Shown piece by piece: positions 46,688 to 56,491 of a stretch of DNA of 64,000 nt (position 1 is its first letter; each line of letters starts with the position of its first letter). A program made the translations under genes and the position numbers. This stretch comes from Akkermansiaceae bacterium (lineage in GTDB: Bacteria > Verrucomicrobiota > Verrucomicrobiia > Verrucomicrobiales > Akkermansiaceae). Below the pieces are notes generated by a model. The model was not told the DNA's origin. It made no database searches and was given only the letters and a program-made list of their open reading frames with translations. The stretch spans positions 4,718-68,717 of the forward strand of contig JAPJNB010000043.1 in the NCBI GenBank assembly GCA_026461385.1, read 5' to 3'.

Positions 46688-47407
46688 ATGACGGACGCCA
46701 TGCGAAATCAATCGAAACCCACCCAAGGCTTCACGCTCGTCGAGTTGCTGATCGTCATTGCCATCGTGGCGGTGCTGGCGGCGGTTACCATGTCGGTCTC
46801 ACGCAGGATGATGGCATCCGCAAATGAAACGGTGTGCGCGGCCAATCTTCGCGGCCTGGCCACAGCCCTCAACAGTTATGCTGCGGAAAACAACGGGGTT
46901 TTCCCCGTCTCCGACCAAGGCAACCGATCACCAAGCAACTGGATTGTGGCGCTTCTGGACGGCGAGTATCTCAACGCAAAGCAAGGGGACACCCAGCGCT
47001 CTTTCGTCAACAGCCGGGGGAAGAACGGCCTCTTCTGCCCCGCCGCAATCCGCGTGGCGAAGCCTTTGGACGGCAACTGGAACACCTATGCAATGAACGT
47101 TCAAGCAGGCGGCTGGTATCAATCCGCAGGCCAGGCACCGGCCGCACGCTTGCCGCGTGTCCAGTATCCGGCGGAAACCGCTCTCGTCATGGACGGCTGC
47201 AGGGTCAGCGGGAATTATTACGTGACGACGGTGGGCCGCGCCGACTGGTTTCCCGAGATGGTGCATCCACCCGAACTGCTCAACCAACCCAAGGATCTGA
47301 ATCGGGGTGCCAACGTGGCTTTTGTCGACGGCCATACGGAATTTCGCAAAGTTTCAAAAATTCCCACCGATACCACCGGAGTTTTTTGGAGTGGCATCAA
47401 GCCTTGA
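46688..47407 (+). CDS. Prepilin-type N-terminal cleavage/methylation domain protein with an H-X-DG tail
   Basis: KPTQG|FTLVELLIVIAIVAVLAA; ETVCAANLRGL; C-terminal GANVAFVDGH. Start ATG 46688 or 46700 rather than 46592. Confidence 0.88.
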   Translation: MTDAMRNQSKPTQGFTLVELLIVIAIVAVLAAVTMSVSRRMMASANETVCAANLRGLATALNSYAAENNGVFPVSDQGNRSPSNWIVALLDGEYLNAKQGDTQRSFVNSRGKNGLFCPAAIRVAKPLDGNWNTYAMNVQAGGWYQSAGQAPAARLPRVQYPAETALVMDGCRVSGNYYVTTVGRADWFPEMVHPPELLNQPKDLNRGANVAFVDGHTEFRKVSKIPTDTTGVFWSGIKP

Positions 47408-47447
47408 ATGAGACTCACGAGATGAATCTAACGGAAAAAATGCGATT

Positions 47448-48308
47448 ATGATGAATCAGATCCGTTCGATGGCCATCGGGGCGACACTGTCATTGATCCA
47501 ACCCGCATCCGCGGAACTTCCCATGCTGGAACAGCCATGGCTCGGCTACTTCGCAGTCGCACAGGAACGAAACTTTCAGTTTTTGTTCAGCTCGAAAGGC
47601 GGCTTCAACCTCATGGTCCTCGATCATCAAGGCGCTCCGATTCAGCAATCCATCGGCCTGCAATTCCTCGGATTGGAAACTCTCCCAGATGGCAGCATCA
47701 AGGAATTGCCGATGGCATTGGACACCTTTGAATCCTCGGATCCACCCACCGCCAAGCTCAAGAAGACGGTTTTTAGATTCAAATTGACCGATCAGGCGAC
47801 CGGCCAAGCGATCGGCCAACCTACCATGGAGGGCACCATCGAGATCATCAGCGGGACCGTTCTTGCCAACGCTCGGATCATCGACAAGGGAGCATCCGAT
47901 AAAAACCCCATTCAACCGGTGATCCGTACGATCTTCACGGCCTTCTACGTGAATGAGAACATTCACAAAGAATCTTGGGACAGGAAACAAGTCAAAGAGT
48001 TCGAAAAGCGGATCGGCGCAGATTCCGTAACCTTAAAACACCTCGATGAGAAACGGGTCAAACTGGTCTGCGTTGATAAGACCGATCCAAAATCCAAGGA
48101 GGTGAACGGCGGCGGCAGTTCCTTGGCTGAGGTGGAGATCAGTTTCTATCAGAAGCGGAAAATTGAGCTTCTTGCCGCCCCCAACTCATCGCTCACCCTT
48201 TGCAATGCGGGCCCGGCTCCACTCCACCATGGCTTCTGGTTCCAATGGTCCGCCGATGCCGCCAAAGACCCCGATGGCAAAGCCAAACTCGCGCTCAGGA
48301 TCCAATAG
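47448..48308 (+). CDS. Secreted hypothetical protein
   Basis: Signal peptide AIGATLSLIQPASA; 286-aa open frame co-oriented after the pilin-like gene; no motif recognised. Confidence 0.7.
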   Translation: MMNQIRSMAIGATLSLIQPASAELPMLEQPWLGYFAVAQERNFQFLFSSKGGFNLMVLDHQGAPIQQSIGLQFLGLETLPDGSIKELPMALDTFESSDPPTAKLKKTVFRFKLTDQATGQAIGQPTMEGTIEIISGTVLANARIIDKGASDKNPIQPVIRTIFTAFYVNENIHKESWDRKQVKEFEKRIGADSVTLKHLDEKRVKLVCVDKTDPKSKEVNGGGSSLAEVEISFYQKRKIELLAAPNSSLTLCNAGPAPLHHGFWFQWSADAAKDPDGKAKLALRIQ

Positions 48309-48351
48309 CCCCAACTGACCCAAGGTCGGATCGAAGATTGGAATTTCTAAC

Positions 48352-48377
48352 TTGACCACGATATGAAATGATTCATG
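48352..48377 (+). promoter_or_regulatory. Promoter/operator copy 3
   Basis: TTGACC-N5-ATGAAATGATTCATG. Confidence 0.7.
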
Positions 48378-48447
48378 GTTGCCGCTGTTGATTCGCCTCC
48401 AATCGTAAAATTCCGCCAAAAAACGAACACTCACAAACCCAAAACAC

Positions 48448-50655
48448 ATGAACCCCAAACGCAAGAACACGGCCATTGCATTGACCACCATGGCTCTCAT
48501 TTCACTATCTTTTGAATCCGCCCGCGCCGCCGTTTACTGGAACGGTAGCGTCAGCAGTGATTGGGCAGAAGCCTCCAACTGGACAGGCGGCTTGCCATCC
48601 ACATCGGGTGCGGGCGATGCCATCATCAACCCCGGCAGCTCACCCAATGAGAAGCCCGTGATCAGTTCCGCAGTGGCTACCACCGTTGGGCAGACTTACG
48701 TGTCCATCGGTGCGGGTTTGCAGGTTACCACGGGCGGAAGCTTGACCACCGTTAGTTTGATCACGGGGATCTGGGGCGACAGCAACGTGGTCGATGTCTC
48801 GGGAGGAACCCTGACCATCTCAAATAACCTGCTGCTGGGCTACGGCGGCTATGATGGGAAAATCAATATCTCTGGCGGAACGGTGACTGCCAACTATCTA
48901 TCCATCAACACGACACGCGGAGCCAAGATGAACCTCGGTGGCACAGGTTCCTTCATCGCGCCCGCCAGCAACCTCGGCAACATCAACTATTGGATCGCAA
49001 ACAATGCGATTATCGCCGGCAACGGCGCAGCCGGATGGTCGGTGGTGGCTGATACTACTAGCCTCTCGGGCAAGGTGATCCTTACCGCCTTCAATCCGAA
49101 CAATGTTTTCACGGCTGCCAACAACAACAACTACGCCGAGAGTGGCAATTGGAACAACGGGCTCGTTCCGACCTCTGCCCAGTCCGCCTTCATCAACCAG
49201 CACCGCACGGCGGAACTCAGCACCAACCCGTCGCCGAACCAGCCGGGAAGCCTCTACGTCGGTCAGGGAACCGGCAGCGAAAGTGGCACATTGGAGGTCT
49301 CCTCAGCCGGAGTTCTGAGCCCGGGCAATCTGCTCATCGGTCGCGACGGATCCAGCTCTGGAACGATCAACCAATCGGGCGGCACGGTCACGGTGACCGG
49401 CGGGACGTTCGGCATCAGCAGCAATTCTAATGGCGCAGGCAGTTATCACTTGTCCGGTGGCACCCTTGCGGCGACTTCAGCCCCCCTGTGGCTGGGCTAC
49501 GGCACCGGAACTACCACCGGCACCGGCAACTTCACGATGAGCGGCGGCACGCTGAGCCTCGGCTCCTATTTCAGCGCAGCCTTCGCCAGTGGCACAAAAG
49601 CCAATGTGTCATTCAGCGGCGGCAACGCGACGATCGCCGGCAGCCTCACGGTCGGACGTCAGGGCAAGGGGCTTGCCGAAATTTCCGGCACCGCCTACGT
49701 CAACCCCGCCACGCTGCAAGTCGTCGAGTCCGGTGAGGGTGCCGCCGATTCCACGCTGACCGTCAGTGGAGGAACGCTCGCCGTGAGCCGCCAGATCAAT
49801 GTCGGCAATTCCGTCGATACCGGAGTGGCATCTAGCATGGTCATCAGCGGAGGCGCAGTTACTTGGCACGCGGACGGCCAGACCTCCGGATTGTTCAGCG
49901 TTTACAGCGAGGTGAAGGTCAGTGGCAATTCGGCAACGATCGGCAGTAACGCGTCGACCGATGCTCTCTTCAACGTTCGCGCCACTGGTAAACTGCGCTA
50001 TCAACTTGCTGCCAATGGCTCGGTTGCGTTGATCAACGTGCCCAACGCCACGATGGGAATTGCCCAAGGCGCGCAGTTGATCATCGACGGCTCGGCACTC
50101 TCACTCGGCGCTGGTACTTACTCGATCACCTTGGTGGATCACAATGGCTACTCGGCTGCCGCTGCTTTCGGTGCCACGAGCATGTCACACAGCTTTGTTG
50201 GCTTCGGACTGACTTGCACACCGACGATCAGTTACGACGCGTCTGCCATCACCTTGCATCTATCGGTGGGCGGTGGCTCCGACTATGATTCGTGGAAAAG
50301 CACCAACAATTTGACTGGCGGACCAAATGCCGACGACGATGGAGATGGTGTGAAAAACTCCGACGAATACGCTTTCGGCCTCAATCCGAAGTCCGGAAGC
50401 TCGGCCAACCCGATCAGTTCTGCGGTCGACAAGGCGACCGGCATCTTCAAGTACACCCGTCGCAAGCAGTCGCTCACCGGGGTAGCTTACACCTATGAGT
50501 CGTCCACCACGCTTACGGGCACATGGCCGGCCTTCACTCCAAACTCTGCTACCTCTAACAATGGCGATCCCATCGAAGAAATTACCGTCGATGTGCCAGA
50601 CGCGTTGCTGACCCATCCCGCGCTGTTTATCCGCGTGAAAGCCGTCCAGCCATGA
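48448..50655 (+). CDS. Secreted beta-helix-like protein with the shared N-terminal domain and a C-terminal DxDGDG/sorting-like domain
   Basis: N-domain nearly identical to the PEP-CTERM gene (AVYWNGSVSSDWAE...NYWIANNAIIAGNGA); Gly/Thr/Ser-rich SGGTL repeats; tail DDDGDGVKNSDEYAFGLNP...FIRVK. Confidence 0.85.
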   Translation: MNPKRKNTAIALTTMALISLSFESARAAVYWNGSVSSDWAEASNWTGGLPSTSGAGDAIINPGSSPNEKPVISSAVATTVGQTYVSIGAGLQVTTGGSLTTVSLITGIWGDSNVVDVSGGTLTISNNLLLGYGGYDGKINISGGTVTANYLSINTTRGAKMNLGGTGSFIAPASNLGNINYWIANNAIIAGNGAAGWSVVADTTSLSGKVILTAFNPNNVFTAANNNNYAESGNWNNGLVPTSAQSAFINQHRTAELSTNPSPNQPGSLYVGQGTGSESGTLEVSSAGVLSPGNLLIGRDGSSSGTINQSGGTVTVTGGTFGISSNSNGAGSYHLSGGTLAATSAPLWLGYGTGTTTGTGNFTMSGGTLSLGSYFSAAFASGTKANVSFSGGNATIAGSLTVGRQGKGLAEISGTAYVNPATLQVVESGEGAADSTLTVSGGTLAVSRQINVGNSVDTGVASSMVISGGAVTWHADGQTSGLFSVYSEVKVSGNSATIGSNASTDALFNVRATGKLRYQLAANGSVALINVPNATMGIAQGAQLIIDGSALSLGAGTYSITLVDHNGYSAAAAFGATSMSHSFVGFGLTCTPTISYDASAITLHLSVGGGSDYDSWKSTNNLTGGPNADDDGDGVKNSDEYAFGLNPKSGSSANPISSAVDKATGIFKYTRRKQSLTGVAYTYESSTTLTGTWPAFTPNSATSNNGDPIEEITVDVPDALLTHPALFIRVKAVQP

Positions 50656-52139
50656 ACCTCATGGTGGCGTCCGCCCTTGCAGCGCTCCTACTGGCTCTGC
50701 CATGGGACGCTTGCAGGGCGGATGCGGTGCGCAGCAAGCCCAATATTCTATTTCTTCTAACAGATGATCAGCGTTGGGATACGCTCGGGTGCATGGGAAA
50801 CCCCGTGATCCAAACCCCGAACCTCGACCATCTCGCCGCTCAGGGGATCTTGTTTCGCAACGCGTTTGTCACCGCTTCCGTGTGCAGTGTGAGCCGAGCC
50901 GCCATCCTGACCGGTGCTTATCCGTGCTCGCGCGGAACGAAGGATCTAGCAAAAATGGTGACTCCCAAGGAGGTAAACGCGACCTACCCAGCTGTTTTGC
51001 GTGCGGGTGGCTATGACACCGGCTACATCGGCAAGTGGGATGTGGGGGTGGGCGAGGACGGGTTCCGCATGGGCATGAACCTTTTTGATTACTGGGCCGG
51101 AGACCGCTTTCACGGCAACTATTGGCATGAGGCGGACTGCCCACTGGTGACCAACGAGGGTCGTCAGTCCAAATCGGAAATCAAATGCACCTGCACCCCG
51201 GAAGGATCCATGCCACGCATCGGTTCCGCAGGCATGAATCATCCTATCCACTTTGACCGTGAGATCGTTCCGGTCAAGATGAGGCAGTATCTTGCAGGGC
51301 GTGACAAAGCGAAACCGTTTTTCTTGGCCATCGCATTTCGCGGACCCAAGGACCCATGGGCGGACTACCCGAAAAATGTCGCCGAGCTTTATGCTTCTAA
51401 CACCATGCCCATCCCGGCCACGGCGACAACGGCGGATGCCATGCGCCAACCCGCTTTCCTGCGGGCTTCCATGGGGAGTGAGGCCGGCTTTTCGCGGGTC
51501 AGTAATCCTGCCACCCTGGCCGATGAACTGCGGAAAAACTACCGGTTAGTTTCTAACATCGATGATACGATTGGAGAACTTCGTCGGATTCTAGTAGAGC
51601 AAGGACTGGATTCTAACACCATCATCGTCTTCACCTCCGACAACGGGCATTTTCACGGGGACCACGGTTTCTGGGGCAAATGGCTGCCTTACGAGGAATC
51701 CATTAGGGTGCCATTGGTCGTTTTTGATCCCCGCCTGTCGGAGCAGCAGCGTGGCGTGACACGCGGAGAGATGATTCTCAATGTCGATCTCGCACCAACC
51801 TTTCTGACGTGGGCCGGTTTACCCGTCCCTTCGACCATGCAGGGCAGGGACTTTGCACCGCTGGAGGGTGGCGGCAGCCCGCCATGGCGTGAGGACTTCT
51901 ATCACGAGTTCACTTGGACCGCGGAAGGACGGATTGCCCCGAGCGAAGGCATCCGGTCAGCTCAGTGGAAATACATCCGCTATCCTGGCCAAAATCCCGT
52001 GGTGGAGCAGTTGTTCAATCTACAAAACGATCCCGGTGAAACGACGGATCTCATCGCCGACCCCGCCCATTCCACCGCACTTGAGTCGCTACGAATCAAG
52101 CTCGAGGCCCACAGGACCCATCTCTCCGCGGTAAACTGA
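50652..52139 (+). CDS. Secreted sulfatase (S1 family)
   Basis: KPNILFLLTDDQR, VCSVSRAAILTG (formylglycine motif variant), YIGKW, FTSDNG, GKWLPYEESIRVP and LFNLQNDPGE. ATGA overlap with the upstream stop. Confidence 0.92.
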   Translation: MNLMVASALAALLLALPWDACRADAVRSKPNILFLLTDDQRWDTLGCMGNPVIQTPNLDHLAAQGILFRNAFVTASVCSVSRAAILTGAYPCSRGTKDLAKMVTPKEVNATYPAVLRAGGYDTGYIGKWDVGVGEDGFRMGMNLFDYWAGDRFHGNYWHEADCPLVTNEGRQSKSEIKCTCTPEGSMPRIGSAGMNHPIHFDREIVPVKMRQYLAGRDKAKPFFLAIAFRGPKDPWADYPKNVAELYASNTMPIPATATTADAMRQPAFLRASMGSEAGFSRVSNPATLADELRKNYRLVSNIDDTIGELRRILVEQGLDSNTIIVFTSDNGHFHGDHGFWGKWLPYEESIRVPLVVFDPRLSEQQRGVTRGEMILNVDLAPTFLTWAGLPVPSTMQGRDFAPLEGGGSPPWREDFYHEFTWTAEGRIAPSEGIRSAQWKYIRYPGQNPVVEQLFNLQNDPGETTDLIADPAHSTALESLRIKLEAHRTHLSAVN

Positions 52140-53580
52140 ATCCCGAGCCACCTTCGCAACCGTCGCGCGAAATCGGATAGAGACGGATGGCGAGCAGCGA
52201 GACGAGGCACATGAGAGCGCTGACGAGAAAGGTAACCAAACCCAGACCCCACACCGCCTGGTGGGTCTGGGTGACGGCTCGGCCATCCTCAGAAACCTTG
52301 TAGCCGATGCCACTGAGACACCAGCTTGAGAGAATCAGGCTGAAGGAAATCGCCAGCCGCATGGTCAGACTGAATAAGGATGAATAGCCACCGTATTTGG
52401 CTTTTCCCGTTTGCAGACGACGCGTCTCGCTGACATCCGCCATCATCGCGGTTGAAACCGGCAGCATGATGCCGCATCCGAACCAGTAGCAGGTGTGAAA
52501 TGCAACGAAGAGAATCAAAGCGGATGGCACGTTGGCGCCCATGCAGATGAAGGTAGCGCCCGGCTCGACAAGGTCTGTTAGAAAGAGCGCGGCAAGGATC
52601 ATGTTGCCCGCGATGCTGATGGCTCCGCCGATGATGACCGCGCTCTTTTTGTCAAAACGCTGCGTCAGCTTGATCGAGAGTAACGCGCCGAGCGCCATGC
52701 TAACCATGGTGCTACCGTGAGCGATGGATTTCTGCCACGAGGGGAATTTCATGAAATCATCGTAAACAAACATCTGCAACGAACCGACCAGCACCATTCC
52801 TGCGGTGAGGATAAAAATGAAGGCGAACACCCAGCGAGGATTCGGGTCATTGAGGATTTCCGTCATTTCGAACCAGAAATTTCTCAACCATCCCGACCGT
52901 GAGTTCCGAGGCGAATCACGGGTATCCTCGCGCCAGCGGAACGTGAAGATCACCACGAGTACCGTAAAAACAGCGGTGGCGGTGGCGAAGGTCGCACCCA
53001 TGTGCTGGTAGTTCGCCTCAATCGTGGTGGCCTGAAAGTTCCCTTTCCCGCCGAAGAAGAAAACCCATGCCATCGCCGGACCCGCGAAATTGGCGACCAT
53101 GTTGGCGATCTGACGGATCCCCTGGAGACGGGAGCGTCCATGGTAGTCCCCGCACATTTCAAAGCCGAGAGCAAGGTAGGGGATGAAGAACATCGTCAGT
53201 CCGGCACGCAGCAGCAGATTCACCACAACGAGATAACTGAAAACCCAAATATGGCTGCCGCGGCAAAACGCCGGAATCGTCCACATCAGGTAATAACAAA
53301 GCGCCATTAGCAGACCGCCAGCCAACATGTACGGGTGCCGCCGTCCCCAAGAACTGCGGGTGTTGTCGCTGATCTGTCCCATGATGGGTTCCGTGACGGC
53401 CTCTACAAACACGGCCAGTGACATGATGAATCCCGCCCACTTTGGATCGATGCCGTGCGCCTTCGTGTAAAACAGCATCGCAAATGCGAAGATGCCATTC
53501 ATCACGAGTGAGTTCGCACATTCGCCCAGCGAATAAACGCACATGGCTCCTGTCGAGCAGGCTTTTCGATTTGGGGTCAT
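52096..53580 (-). CDS. MFS sugar transporter, GPH family
   Basis: YSLGE, ISDNTRSSWGRRHPY, FIPYLALG and MMADVSE; about 12 TM segments. The 3' end overlaps the sulfatase by 44 bp. Confidence 0.88.
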   Translation of the reverse strand: MTPNRKACSTGAMCVYSLGECANSLVMNGIFAFAMLFYTKAHGIDPKWAGFIMSLAVFVEAVTEPIMGQISDNTRSSWGRRHPYMLAGGLLMALCYYLMWTIPAFCRGSHIWVFSYLVVVNLLLRAGLTMFFIPYLALGFEMCGDYHGRSRLQGIRQIANMVANFAGPAMAWVFFFGGKGNFQATTIEANYQHMGATFATATAVFTVLVVIFTFRWREDTRDSPRNSRSGWLRNFWFEMTEILNDPNPRWVFAFIFILTAGMVLVGSLQMFVYDDFMKFPSWQKSIAHGSTMVSMALGALLSIKLTQRFDKKSAVIIGGAISIAGNMILAALFLTDLVEPGATFICMGANVPSALILFVAFHTCYWFGCGIMLPVSTAMMADVSETRRLQTGKAKYGGYSSLFSLTMRLAISFSLILSSWCLSGIGYKVSEDGRAVTQTHQAVWGLGLVTFLVSALMCLVSLLAIRLYPISRDGCEGGSGFSLPRRDGSCGPRA

Positions 53581-53741
53581 CGTGTCCCTTGGATCACCTT
53601 GAGCCGTTGGCGTGCATCGCGGATGGCTTCATCAAGCGTGGTGGTATCTGTGATTTTCATATTCTCTATCGGTAGGTAGCCTATCGGTTGGAGATGTTGC
53701 AAGATCACGTTTTCAGCGTAGAAATTTCGCGCTCTAGCAGC

Positions 53742-55172
53742 TCAGCAAACCACGGCGGTTTCCATACCGAGGAATTTTCCAATCACTTCGATCTGGTGAG
53801 CGAGGTGGCCGACGCCGACTGCACAGTGATGGGCGGGGCCGTGAGCGTTCCAGCGGTTCATGAAATTACGCGCGCCAATGGGAAAACGATACCGGCTGTT
53901 GGTGTTGCCGATTTCGAGGATCGGGCCGGGCACGGATTCTCCCTCGGCAACGAGCAGCATGAGACGGTGATCCGCCGTCTCCACCACGCTCAGAAGCGTC
54001 ACGGGGCCGTGCTTCACTGACATTTCAACCGAGAGCCCCTTGCCCACCTTCCCATGATAGACCGTGAGCGGGCGAACCTTGGTGCGGCCTTCCGCGATGG
54101 CGATGTGTCCCGGACCGTCGTGTCCCATGAGTACGACGTCGTCATTCCAATCCACCGCGTAATACTCGGTGAACGAGCCGCCTACCCCGAGGATATCGAG
54201 GATTTTCATAGCCTGCACATTCTTGATTTCCAACTCGCCCGCCACCGGACAGCCGCGGGCGGTGAGCAGGGTGTTGCCGAGGATGATGGAGCTTAGCGTG
54301 TCTTCGTTTTCCGCGATTCCAGTGCCCATGTAGTAATAGGCCATCGACCCGAGCTTCTTTTCCGAGATGAGACGGTCCAGAGCCACGGACGTGCGTGCGG
54401 CGTGCGCAAGTTCTTCCTCGGAGCAATCGTCTTGGACATCAAAATCATCGCGGAATAACCCCACGCGTGCCGCGATTTCCGCATCGCTGACCTCGCGGCG
54501 CAGGGCGCTGAGTTCGTCGACTTCGAGCATCTCGATGTGGGTGCCGAACGCGGCACTTTGGAGTGTTAGATCGGAATAGATGTCGAGCATGCCGCCATAG
54601 TAGTGGCCCATCACGCCGAGGCGGTTGTGCGACATCACATGCGCGACACGGGCGGCATTGATCCACGCATCGACCTCACCCCAGCACTCAGGATCGTCGT
54701 GCAACATGCCGGTGATTTGTTCGAAGGGGATGCCGGAGCGTTTGAAGACATTGGCGATCTCCGGTACCGGACAGGCGGAGCAAAAAGCGAGCCATTCCCC
54801 GGTCATCGCGGTGCGATCCCCCAACCGATTGAATTTCGTGTAATCGATCGCCGCCTCGGGCGCGAGATTCAGAACGATGACCGGACATTTCGCCCTCCGC
54901 ACCACCGGCAAGACGGTGGAGGACAGCGCGTAGGTGGTGACGTGGAGGAAAATCATGTCCACATCCTCACGGCGGAATTGGTGGCCGGCATCCGTCGCCT
55001 TCTCCGGTGAGTCGATCAGCCCGAGGTTGATAATTTCCACACCCGGGCGCTCAAGTTTTCCACTCACCACTCCGAGGTATCCTTCGAGCCGCTCCTTCAA
55101 ACCGGCAAATTGCGGCCAGTAGGTGTCCAATCCGATGCCAAAAAGCCCTACGCGTACCGTTGTGTTTTCCAT
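53742..55172 (-). CDS. L-fucose/L-arabinose isomerase family protein
   Basis: GLFGIGLDTYWPQF, TYALSS, GMLDIYSD, GELEIKN (metal Glu), GSFTEY, MGHDGPGH and GPAHHCA. Confidence 0.8.
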   Translation of the reverse strand: MENTTVRVGLFGIGLDTYWPQFAGLKERLEGYLGVVSGKLERPGVEIINLGLIDSPEKATDAGHQFRREDVDMIFLHVTTYALSSTVLPVVRRAKCPVIVLNLAPEAAIDYTKFNRLGDRTAMTGEWLAFCSACPVPEIANVFKRSGIPFEQITGMLHDDPECWGEVDAWINAARVAHVMSHNRLGVMGHYYGGMLDIYSDLTLQSAAFGTHIEMLEVDELSALRREVSDAEIAARVGLFRDDFDVQDDCSEEELAHAARTSVALDRLISEKKLGSMAYYYMGTGIAENEDTLSSIILGNTLLTARGCPVAGELEIKNVQAMKILDILGVGGSFTEYYAVDWNDDVVLMGHDGPGHIAIAEGRTKVRPLTVYHGKVGKGLSVEMSVKHGPVTLLSVVETADHRLMLLVAEGESVPGPILEIGNTNSRYRFPIGARNFMNRWNAHGPAHHCAVGVGHLAHQIEVIGKFLGMETAVVC

Positions 55173-55236
55173 TTCCTAAAACTATCGGATTGCCAGTGAT
55201 TTTGGAATGGGGCTATTGATCATTTGCATATAAAAA

Positions 55237-56139
55237 ATGACTCTGAAGACCTCGGACTATTTTCGCTATTTTCCCGTGACGCCTGAACTGCGCCGGTGGG
55301 GCCTAGGGGTTACCGGCTCGGGCCACACGCGCATTGCCGCAGGTTCCTCTTATCCTCGGGAGAAGCATCCTGAAGACCATCAATTGGACTGGGAGCATGG
55401 CCGGGTGCTCGATGCGTTGCAGATTGTGCTGATTTCCTCCGGCGGTGGTTGGCTTGAGACCCGTGCGACCGGAGAGAGACGGGTGGAGGCTGGCATGGTG
55501 TTTCTGCTCCTTCCGCAAACGTGGCACCGCTATCGTCCCGACCCGAAAACCGGCTGGACGGAGAGCTGGATTGAGGTCCAAGGGCCGGTGGTCGATGAAC
55601 TTCTACACGCGGAAACTTTCCCCCCGGCCACGATTCTGCGCGTGGGTGCGATCGGCAGCGGGATAGAGGAGGTGCTGGAGTCCATTCACCGCGGCATCCT
55701 GCAAGGCCCTAATGGTTTTCAACCCGAACTCTCTGCTGCGGCTCTGCAGTTGCTGGCGCTTTGCTCGCGGATCAGCCAGAACCTTGCGCGTCCATCTCAA
55801 ATCCAGCGCGCCGTGAGCGAGGCGGAGCGCTACCTCGGCGAGCATCATTCGGAACCCGTCAACGTCGAGGCGCTTGCCGCAAAACTTGGCGTCAGCTACT
55901 CGCAATTTCGCCGTGCCTTTCGTGCCCGGACAGGATTCGCACCTTGGAAATATGTCATCCACCTGCGCCTCACCCGAGCCAGACGCTTGCTCACCTCCAG
56001 CGACGCAATACTGGACGACATCGCCGCGCGTGTGGGATTCAGCTCCGGATTCCACCTATCTAACGCGTTCAAGCAAGCCTACGGCGAATCGCCCGACAAG
56101 TGGCGCCGGACCTTGATGAATGGACATCCATCTATCTGA
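55237..56139 (+). CDS. AraC-family regulator with a cupin sensor domain
   Basis: FLLLPQTWHRYRPD cupin; IAARVGFSSGFHLSNAFKQAYGESP HTH. Divergent from the isomerase. Confidence 0.9.
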   Translation: MTLKTSDYFRYFPVTPELRRWGLGVTGSGHTRIAAGSSYPREKHPEDHQLDWEHGRVLDALQIVLISSGGGWLETRATGERRVEAGMVFLLLPQTWHRYRPDPKTGWTESWIEVQGPVVDELLHAETFPPATILRVGAIGSGIEEVLESIHRGILQGPNGFQPELSAAALQLLALCSRISQNLARPSQIQRAVSEAERYLGEHHSEPVNVEALAAKLGVSYSQFRRAFRARTGFAPWKYVIHLRLTRARRLLTSSDAILDDIAARVGFSSGFHLSNAFKQAYGESPDKWRRTLMNGHPSI

Positions 56140-56491
56140 ATTCGCAGTTCTGATCTTCAAAATGCCGAGCTGTTGGAGCAACCGGACTGGTGAAGTGAGC
56201 GTTGAATTTCCCTTTGGCCAATTTCTCCAGATCGGCCAGCAATTTGGTGAGCTCCATCGGGATACGGATCCGAAAAATTCTTGAACCATCGAGCCCAGTG
56301 AACGCAGAGTTTGCTGAAAATTCTCGCTAAAAATTGAGCCGCGCGCACCACGCATTGACCTTGTATCACTCCAGATCCGACTCAAAATGCCCATCGTGAG
56401 CATGGCGGCAACGTGCTTGTTTTTGGCGATACAGTGAAGGTTTTCAATCTCCATTCCGCGCAGACTCATCAATATTACGATCCAATCACCC

